NCBI GenBank assembly: GCA_963681965.1
Contig: OY820579.1
Coordinates: 3,040,001 to 3,104,000 of the forward strand
Length of the DNA stretch: 64,000 bases
DNA from: a bacterium
Lineage (GTDB): Bacteria > Electryoneota > JAOADG01
Direction: 5' to 3'
A program made the translations under genes and the position numbers. The notes beneath the pieces were generated by a model. That model worked only from the letters and a program-made list of their open reading frames with translations, did no database searches and was not told the origin of the DNA. Positions 51,508-58,991 of this stretch are shown in pieces. The stretch's first letter is position 1. Each line of letters opens with the position of its first letter.

Positions 51508-52302
51508 TTACATCGTAAATTTGATGGTTTGCGCGATCCAGACTTCCACCGGTTGCTGATTATTCAGTGCCGGTTTGAATTTCCAACTTCGCACCGCTTT
51601 GACCGCTTCGTCTTCGAAACCAAGACCGGACGGATTGGACTTCACCACCACAACCTTACTGACAGCTCCCTGCCGGTTCACCCGAATCTGTAACACCACG
51701 CTGCCCGTAACATGCGCAGCACGCGCCAATTCCGGGTAAGCAGGTTGATTCTTCACTACCAATACCGGTTCATCCTCATAGGGTATGAACTTCGCATATT
51801 CCGGTACAGTATCGGTCACCGGTGGATTGATTACTGCGATTCCCGATCCACCTTCCGTTCCCGCACCTGTACCTGATCCATTACCCGTACCACTACCGGA
51901 ACCCGGTTCGTCTGGATAGCGGTTTTCATCCTTGGTTGATATCACAATCGTGTCGGGTACTTCTTGATCGTGAGTCAATCTGAATTTCTCGGTTTTCGGC
52001 GGAATAAACTCTTTAATCCTGAGCCGAATTCTATCAGAAACATCTTTGATAATCGTAGGCGGACCGGGATTGATGATCACCACTCCTCCCGTTCCGGTTG
52101 GAGGTGTTATCGATAGTGAAATATCGAACTGTTTCAATAAGAGAACTGTGGCTCCAATCAGAGTCCAGAGCGTAAGAGTGGCGATTGCGACGGCGCGTAT
52201 CAGGTTGGGACCAACGACCGAGCGAAGAACCAATGCGCCGTATTCCCGCGCGAGCAGTTCATCGTAAATCGTCAGGTTAGCATCTGCTGTTTTCGTTTGC
52301 AT
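51508..52302 (-). CDS. Energy transducer TonB family protein
   Basis: N-terminal TM, Gly/Ser linker, P.YPELAR....G.V, W.FKPA; GGAGG RBS. Confidence 0.9.
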   Translation of the reverse strand: MQTKTADANLTIYDELLAREYGALVLRSVVGPNLIRAVAIATLTLWTLIGATVLLLKQFDISLSITPPTGTGGVVIINPGPPTIIKDVSDRIRLRIKEFIPPKTEKFRLTHDQEVPDTIVISTKDENRYPDEPGSGSGTGNGSGTGAGTEGGSGIAVINPPVTDTVPEYAKFIPYEDEPVLVVKNQPAYPELARAAHVTGSVVLQIRVNRQGAVSKVVVVKSNPSGLGFEDEAVKAVRSWKFKPALNNQQPVEVWIAQTIKFTM

Positions 52303-52776
52303 GGTTCATCCTCCCTATTCGTTGTAACCGCTCGCACCTCCCACATTCATCGCATCGACAACTGAATAACGTGTAATGAACCGACATTGACATTTCCAGC
52401 AAATCGACCGAATGCAGATGGTGTTTGTGGTTGTTGTTTGTCGATCGTCAGCTTCCGGTGAAAACCGGGCTGATCCTTCCAAATCCGGGTTTCCCCGCAG
52501 CGAAACCCTTCTATAAATAAGATAGTATATCTCCTCCGAAAAATAAATAGCGAATATCAAACTATCTCATTTTATTTCAATCTCGTTCGTGAACTTGAGC
52601 GCAAGTGTACACGATAATCCGTTATTACCTGATAATTAAGAACATTTGCTTCGAGCTAAAATCGATTGAGAAAATCCGCATTCCAAAGTAACTTGATCGA
52701 GACCCACAGCGATCCACGGCTTCACCTAATTCGAAAAAGTCAAGTTTCATCTCAATCTTGGACATTGGAGACTGCA

Positions 52777-54546
52777 ATGAACTCTCGATTCCTGCTAATT
52801 ACAGTTGTTCTTCTTTCAATTTTACTGCTACCTATCACCGGAAGTTGCAAACCAATCGCTCATCCGGTCCGCTTTTCAATTCTTGGAGATCGCACCGGCG
52901 GTCATGAAAAAGGGATCTACGAAGGGATCATTTCCGAAGTGAATGCACTACATCCTGATTTTACCGTTACAGTCGGAGATATGATTGAAGGCTATTGCAA
53001 ACCCGAACAGGCAGAAAAACAGTGGCAAGAGTACAAACAAATCATTGCGAAATTGCAATCGCCAATCTATTACACACCGGGTAATCATGACTTGGATTTC
53101 CCCGGACTCGAACAGATCTATCGCAACAACATCGGTAAACCGTATTACTCGTTCGAACGCGACAACATCCATTTTACGATTATCGACAATAGCCGCTGGG
53201 AATGTTACGATTCCCTTCCCCGGGAGCAAAAAGATTGGATCGAACAAGATCTGAGTGCCAAGACTACTGCCGCCTATAAAATTGTGCTGATGCACATACC
53301 CTTCTGGTCGCTGGCACTGGATCGTCATCAACCCGACAATCTGCATGCGATCCTGAAACGAAACGGTGTCGATGCCGTTTTCTGCGGTCATCACCACCAT
53401 TATTATATGGAACGTATCGAGGGGATTTTATATGTCGCTTGCGGTAGCAGCAGTGGCATAATCTTAGATCCGATCAAACAGAATACATACATGCATCATC
53501 TGGTAACTGTCGATTCGAATGGCATCGAAATTCATCCGATCTGTAATGGGATCACGAAACCAATGGATATGTATTCGTATGAAGATCAATTGCAAGGTTG
53601 GAGACTGGGTCACGAATCGATACCGGAGTTTCATACGACCAAATGCATGATCCCCGTTCTGAGTAATCCCACGGATCATCTGGAAATTACGAATTGTGAG
53701 CTGGTATTTAAAAATGTCAGTAAATTTTCTCAATCGGATACGTTTCATTTGACCACTGTTGATGGCTGGGAAATCACTCCAGCATCGATTCCATTCGCAA
53801 CGAAACCGGATGAAACCTTCAAGATTACTTGGTCTGCCAGACCGATCAACAGTTCCGCTTCCTATCCAAAAATATCGCTGTCGACAAATTTTATATTCAA
53901 TCCGAACAAGCCAGTAATGAAGTACGAAATTCCAATTCAAGTGAATCGCAAATTACTCTGCGAAACTGCATCGGTATTGCCTACTCTGGATGGAGTGATT
54001 CAACCGGATGAATGGCATCAGCCTGTCACAGTCTTGTTCGATCTTAATGGGGAAAACTCACATACCGAACCGACCAAATTCTATTTCACTCACTCTCAAC
54101 ACGATTTGTATATCGCAGTGGAATGTACCGAATCAAATCCGAAATCGATCATTGCTAACGTTAATCAACGCGATGATAACAATATCAGTTCGGACGACTG
54201 CGTCGGTTTCTTTTTTGGAGTAGGTGAACTACCCGCCTCGATTTATCAAATTTACTTTACAACGAATGGATCCGTTTTCGACGGCGAATATTCCTACCGA
54301 AATGGTCATCTTGGTAAAGTCGACTTGAAATGGAATAGCGAGTACGAAGTGAAGACGCACATTGGAACGAAATCATGGAGTATCGAAATTCGAATACCTC
54401 TTGCGCAATTGGGTCCGAATGCCGAGATTGAAAAAAATTGGAAACTCAATTTCCGAAGACGTCAACAGCGAACTCATTCTGTCGCAGATTGGGAACCATT
54501 GGACCGCGACTTAACCGCAAAATATGGGTCGATGGAATTTCGGTAA
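52777..54546 (+). CDS. Secreted calcineurin-like metallophosphoesterase with C-terminal CBM9-like domain
   Basis: GD.T, GDMIEG, GNHD, MHIP, GHHH; PTLDG....EW, LYIA, DD.V, WS.E.RIP. Confidence 0.85.
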   Translation: MNSRFLLITVVLLSILLLPITGSCKPIAHPVRFSILGDRTGGHEKGIYEGIISEVNALHPDFTVTVGDMIEGYCKPEQAEKQWQEYKQIIAKLQSPIYYTPGNHDLDFPGLEQIYRNNIGKPYYSFERDNIHFTIIDNSRWECYDSLPREQKDWIEQDLSAKTTAAYKIVLMHIPFWSLALDRHQPDNLHAILKRNGVDAVFCGHHHHYYMERIEGILYVACGSSSGIILDPIKQNTYMHHLVTVDSNGIEIHPICNGITKPMDMYSYEDQLQGWRLGHESIPEFHTTKCMIPVLSNPTDHLEITNCELVFKNVSKFSQSDTFHLTTVDGWEITPASIPFATKPDETFKITWSARPINSSASYPKISLSTNFIFNPNKPVMKYEIPIQVNRKLLCETASVLPTLDGVIQPDEWHQPVTVLFDLNGENSHTEPTKFYFTHSQHDLYIAVECTESNPKSIIANVNQRDDNNISSDDCVGFFFGVGELPASIYQIYFTTNGSVFDGEYSYRNGHLGKVDLKWNSEYEVKTHIGTKSWSIEIRIPLAQLGPNAEIEKNWKLNFRRRQQRTHSVADWEPLDRDLTAKYGSMEFR

Positions 54547-54582
54547 AGATATATTCTGCTGATTCACGTCTCGCTAAAAATC

Positions 54583-54609
54583 GAACCGCCTCTGACAAGG
54601 AGGCGGTTC
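54583..54609. terminator. Hairpin between convergent genes
   Basis: GAACCGCCTC-N7-GAGGCGGTTC. Confidence 0.65.
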
Positions 54610-54639
54610 TGGAGAACGGAGCAGAATGATAAGATGATC

Positions 54640-55482
54640 TTAGCCGACGAGCTGAGCGACTTGCTGTGGCGTCTGATTGGCTTGCGATAGCATCGAGATG
54701 CCAGTCTGCATCAAGATTTGAGCGCGAACGAAATTCGACATTTCCACTGCGATATCGGCATCGCGAATTTGCGACTCGGAAGCAGTTGCATTTTCGTGAG
54801 CGATTTGAATATTTGTGATCGAATTCTGAAGACGACTGACATAGGCACCCAATCGTGTACGTTCGGAATCTTTGGATTGGATTGCGACATCCAACGTATC
54901 GATTGCTGCTTGGCTAGCGACGGTGTCGGTAACACTCAGTGCACCGATTCCGAGCGCCTGTGAAGTCATGCTGTTGATGGAAACATAATAATAATCTTGA
55001 TTCTGGATATTGTTCGTTCCGATGTGGAATTTGATACCATTGGAACCGGATCCGGAGTATGTACCATTCAATAAGTAGAGACCATTGTAATTGGTAACAC
55101 TGGCGATACGCGTAATTTCACTCTTTAATTGTTGGAACTCAACATCGAGTGCACCACGGTCGTTTCCAGTCAGCGAGCCATTGGAAGCTTGTACTGCAAT
55201 GGAGCGTAGTCGAATTAATTTTTCATCGATCACCGACATCGAGCCTTCGGCAGTAGACAGGAGGTTGATATTGTACTCCATGTTCCGTTCGGCTTCAGTC
55301 ATTGAATCGATTTGAGCGCGGAAACGTTCCGACACGGCTAAACCGGCGGGATCGTCCCACGAATTGTTAATACGGAGTCCACTTGATAGACGATTGATCG
55401 CCGTATCGAGAGATTTCTGGGTTGCGTAAATATTACGTTGTCCTGTTATCGACAGGATATTGTGATTGATTCGGGTAGACAT
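54640..55482 (-). CDS. fliC: Flagellin (short form, 280 aa)
   Basis: RINHN, RLSSGLRIN..DD.AGL, R..LGA...RL, ESQIRDAD.A.EM, ML.QAN. Confidence 0.93.
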   Translation of the reverse strand: MSTRINHNILSITGQRNIYATQKSLDTAINRLSSGLRINNSWDDPAGLAVSERFRAQIDSMTEAERNMEYNINLLSTAEGSMSVIDEKLIRLRSIAVQASNGSLTGNDRGALDVEFQQLKSEITRIASVTNYNGLYLLNGTYSGSGSNGIKFHIGTNNIQNQDYYYVSINSMTSQALGIGALSVTDTVASQAAIDTLDVAIQSKDSERTRLGAYVSRLQNSITNIQIAHENATASESQIRDADIAVEMSNFVRAQILMQTGISMLSQANQTPQQVAQLVG

Positions 55483-55641
55483 TTCCTACTTCCCTCCCCT
55501 GGCTCGGGTAGGCCTGCGCGGTGGCTAGGCCCGGCCCGGATCGGTGTTATGCGAATGCCGCCCGAAGGCGGCGTTTCGACGAATGAATAATAATTGATGA
55601 ACTTCTAGCTCGGCACTTCCACTAGGGATCATCCAGAACCG

Positions 55642-56040
55642 TTAGGGTCCGCCAGTTCGCTCATTGGCTTTCTGGAAGAACTTCCGCAGTAAGTAGTCAG
55701 ACATTGTCTCGGCTAACTTATCCAATCCGGTTTCAGGTTCGGTATGTTCCGGTGCACTTCCGTTTACCACAACATCTTTGACTTTGCCGTACTGAACCTC
55801 GAGCTTCCGTCGGGCTCCTTCCAGGGTAAACCCTTCCTCATGCACCAGGCGACGAATATTTTCGAGCACTTCGACCGTGTGTCGGTCGTAACGCCTTTGG
55901 TTACCTTCCGTTCGAAGGGGACTCAGAAAATCACTGAATTCCTTCTCCCAGAAGCGGATCGTCGGTTTGGGGATCCCGGTTAGTGCGTTGACCTGCCCAA
56001 TGCTATAAATCTGATCGGGAGGACCAGCGAACTGAACCAT
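55642..56040 (-). CDS. MerR family HTH regulator
   Basis: YSIGQV, TIRFWEKEF, GNQRRY, EGFTLEGAR. Confidence 0.9.
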   Translation of the reverse strand: MVQFAGPPDQIYSIGQVNALTGIPKPTIRFWEKEFSDFLSPLRTEGNQRRYDRHTVEVLENIRRLVHEEGFTLEGARRKLEVQYGKVKDVVVNGSAPEHTEPETGLDKLAETMSDYLLRKFFQKANERTGGP

Positions 56041-56082
56041 GATTTCCTCACTTCCTGGTATCGGTTCCGCTCTCCAGCACTT

Positions 56083-56109
56083 CTATCGTTTATTTATGGA
56101 AAAGCTTTA
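56083..56109 (-). promoter_or_regulatory. Sigma28-like promoter of merR-flagellin
   Basis: TAAA-N15-AACGATAG (consensus TAAA-N15-GCCGATAA). Confidence 0.5.
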
Positions 56110-56276
56110 ACGATTTTCTTTTGAACTCACAGAAACTTAAAGTGTTAGTAGAAGTGTCTACCCGAATTCTTCTTCATCTTACACTTTAATTATTCTTGAC
56201 GGCTTGCATGAAAATCGTACAGTCTACACAGATCCAGTCAGCTCCGCGCAGAGTGACTGGATTGAAAGTGTTCGAC

Positions 56277-57119
56277 TTACCCGATCAGCTGTGCTACAAC
56301 TTGCGGCAACTGGTTTGCCTGACCCAACATCGCCATTCCGGACTGATACTTCATCTGATTGCGCAGGAAGTTCGACATTTCCGCTGCGATATCGGCATCG
56401 CGAATCTGCGATTCGGCATTGGAAGCGTTCACTTGCTGCGTCTGAAGATCCAGGATTGTGTTCTGGAGCCGGTTGACGTAAGATCCTAAGCGAGTCCGTT
56501 CGGAGTCTTTCGATTCGATCGCGGTATCGAGTTCGGAAATACATGCTTGGCTGTTTACGGTATTCAACACATCCATGTCGGCGATCTTTAACGCATCGGC
56601 GGTCAAATTCGACATACTGACATAATAGTAGTCGATGCCAAACGTATTGTTGGTGCCGATATGCAGCTTGATACCATGCGATCCGGTACCGGAGAATGCG
56701 CCATTCAATAGATGCAGACCGTTGTAATTGGTGATGTTCGCGATCCGGTTGATTTCTGACTTCAACTGTTGGAACTCAAAGTTGATTGCGATACGATCCG
56801 AATCGGTGAGTGCACCATTCGATGCATCTACAGACAATGCGCGCATCTTGATCAGTTTTTCGTCGATAATCGACATCGAACCTTCTGCCGTGGCGAACAT
56901 GTTGATCGAGATATTCGCATTCTTTTCAGCTTCCGCCATCGAAGAGATTTGTGCTCGAAGTTTCTCGGACATTGCCAAACCGGGTGCATCGTCCCACGAA
57001 TAGTTGATGCGAATGCCGCTGGAAAGTCGTTCAACAGCAGTTTCCAATGACTTCTGGGTATCGTAAATATTCTTCTGTGCGGTCAGCGAAAGAATATTGT
57101 GATTAATTCTGGTACTCAT
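56277..57119 (-). CDS. fliC: Flagellin (short form, 280 aa), second paralog
   Basis: Same N- and C-terminal flagellin motifs; colinear with 54640..55482. Confidence 0.93.
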   Translation of the reverse strand: MSTRINHNILSLTAQKNIYDTQKSLETAVERLSSGIRINYSWDDAPGLAMSEKLRAQISSMAEAEKNANISINMFATAEGSMSIIDEKLIKMRALSVDASNGALTDSDRIAINFEFQQLKSEINRIANITNYNGLHLLNGAFSGTGSHGIKLHIGTNNTFGIDYYYVSMSNLTADALKIADMDVLNTVNSQACISELDTAIESKDSERTRLGSYVNRLQNTILDLQTQQVNASNAESQIRDADIAAEMSNFLRNQMKYQSGMAMLGQANQLPQVVAQLIG

Positions 57120-57170
57120 CCTACTTCCTCCTCCTGCGATTGGTTAACCGCTTGTGCGGTGTCAGTTCTA

Positions 57171-57197
57171 TCATCGGCAACCGGAAGCAGAACTTTA
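57171..57197 (-). promoter_or_regulatory. Sigma28 (FliA) promoter
   Basis: TAAA-N15-GCCGATGA, about 50 nt before the flagellin ATG. Confidence 0.8.
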
Positions 57198-57391
57198 ACT
57201 ATTTTTCATTATTCAGAAGAGAGTTTCTTAATGTATTATTATCATAATAGTTATGTAGTGCATGAGCTTATCTTGAAGCAACTATTTACTGATTTACACT
57301 CCAGTTCAGTTAGGATTCTGAGAGCACGCTCAAAAAAAATCCAAGGTAACATTGTTACCTTGGATTTGGCTGCGTTCAAAATGGATTTGTC

Positions 57392-58810
57392 TTATTGCGC
57401 GGGAAGAACCAATGTCCGCAGTTCCATCATTTCCTGCATCGCAAATCGAACCCCCTCACGACCGCTTCCCGAAAGTTTCACACCGCCATAAGGATAGGAG
57501 TCTTCGCGGAAAGTCGGAATGTCGCCGGCAATCAAACCGCCGACATGAAGCTGCTCAAATGCAGCAAGGACGCGTTTCAAGTCGGTAGTGAAGTAACCAG
57601 CTTGCAAGCCATACTTCGAATCTTCGATTGCATTGATTCCAGCTTTCCAATCAGACACCGGCGCCACCCAGCACACAGGACCGAAGACTTCCTCTTGCGC
57701 GAGTCGACAATTGTGTGGAACATCGATCAGTAGCGATTGCCCTAACCGGTTACCCACGCGGTTGCCACGAACCAGAATCGATGCGCCTCCAGCTTTCGCC
57801 TCGGCAATCCACTCCTCTACTCTGATTGCAGCGGCTTCCGAGATCAGACACGCGAAATCGGATCGTTCGTCAAGTGGATTGCCTAATTGTAATGTGTTAA
57901 CCGCATCCTTGAACCGCTTAATAAATTCCTGATACCGTGTCTCAACGACAAATATCCGTTGTACCGAGATACAGACTTGACCAGCATACGAGTAAGCCCC
58001 GATCAAACATCGCTTCACTGCAAATTCGAGATCGGCAGTCTCATCGATCAATACCGCGCCATTCCCACCCAATTCGAGAGCCACCGGTACATCGGCTAAT
58101 TTCCGCAATTTCCATCCGACCAGCGCACTTCCGGTAAACGAAACGAACTTAATTCGCGGATCCGACACAAACGGCTCGATTGTCTTCCCATCGCAGGGAA
58201 TCACTTGTAATACACCGGGTGGAAAACCGGCTTTCGCGACCAATTCCGCCAGTCGTAATGCCGTCAACGGAGTCTGTGGCGCCGGTTTTAACACGATCGT
58301 ACAACCGGCAGCGAGTGCCGGTGCCACTTTGTGCGCAACCAAATTCAAGGGGAAATTGAACGGCGTAATTCCTAGTATCACGCCACGCGGAAAGTGCTTG
58401 ACTATCGCCGATCGACCATGTGCGGCAGCGGTTCGATCCAAGTTCAAATATTCCCCGTCACCCGAGCGAACAGTTTCTTCCGCTGCCAAACGAAAGGTGG
58501 CAATCGCGCGGAATACTTCACCCCGGGCATCGCGAATAGGTTTGGCGGCTTCTTGCGCAATCAACTTTGCCAGCTCTTCGCTTGCATTCGCTAGCAGCTC
58601 GACTAATTTCAGTAACCAATCGCACCGCTGGTAGAGTGGGGTTTGTGCATACCCCGGAAAAGCGCGCTCGGACGATGCAATTGCAGCGTCGATTTGTGTA
58701 CTCGAAGCTTGATTGAAGTCGACGAGCAGCTCGCCACTCCATGGGGCGCGGACTTGATACGGTTCACCTGTTCCGGTCACAGACTGATTGTCGATCCAGA
58801 TGTAGGACAT
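57392..58810 (-). CDS. Aldehyde dehydrogenase family protein (ALDH21/GapN-related)
   Basis: PFNFPLNLVAHK, FTGS, LELGGN, GQVCISVQR, EEVFGP. Confidence 0.93.
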   Translation of the reverse strand: MSYIWIDNQSVTGTGEPYQVRAPWSGELLVDFNQASSTQIDAAIASSERAFPGYAQTPLYQRCDWLLKLVELLANASEELAKLIAQEAAKPIRDARGEVFRAIATFRLAAEETVRSGDGEYLNLDRTAAAHGRSAIVKHFPRGVILGITPFNFPLNLVAHKVAPALAAGCTIVLKPAPQTPLTALRLAELVAKAGFPPGVLQVIPCDGKTIEPFVSDPRIKFVSFTGSALVGWKLRKLADVPVALELGGNGAVLIDETADLEFAVKRCLIGAYSYAGQVCISVQRIFVVETRYQEFIKRFKDAVNTLQLGNPLDERSDFACLISEAAAIRVEEWIAEAKAGGASILVRGNRVGNRLGQSLLIDVPHNCRLAQEEVFGPVCWVAPVSDWKAGINAIEDSKYGLQAGYFTTDLKRVLAAFEQLHVGGLIAGDIPTFREDSYPYGGVKLSGSGREGVRFAMQEMMELRTLVLPAQ

Positions 58811-58991
58811 GGAATCTCCCGATCGAAGTATTTTTAGAAGGTAATAAGGGTAATACTTAGTAACAAAAGCCGTCGGAGCACGATGAAATAAAAAAAAATC
58901 GCAGTGATCGTTTTACTTCCATTCATGACACTCATTTAATATATTGCATACAATACAATTCAATTATCAATTGGACTGAAGCGAGGTCATT

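Noticed and set aside
51840-51910. Gly/Ser/Thr repeat in TonB
   Set aside because: Ordinary low-complexity periplasmic linker.
52450-52508. Possible SRP RNA (GGAA tetraloop followed by GGA.CAGC)
   Set aside because: Lacks the CAGG/AGCA internal loop and the long closing helix.
57225-57262. dif-like sequence (CATAA...TTATGT)
   Set aside because: Spacer is 3 bp rather than 6 bp and the XerD arm is incomplete.
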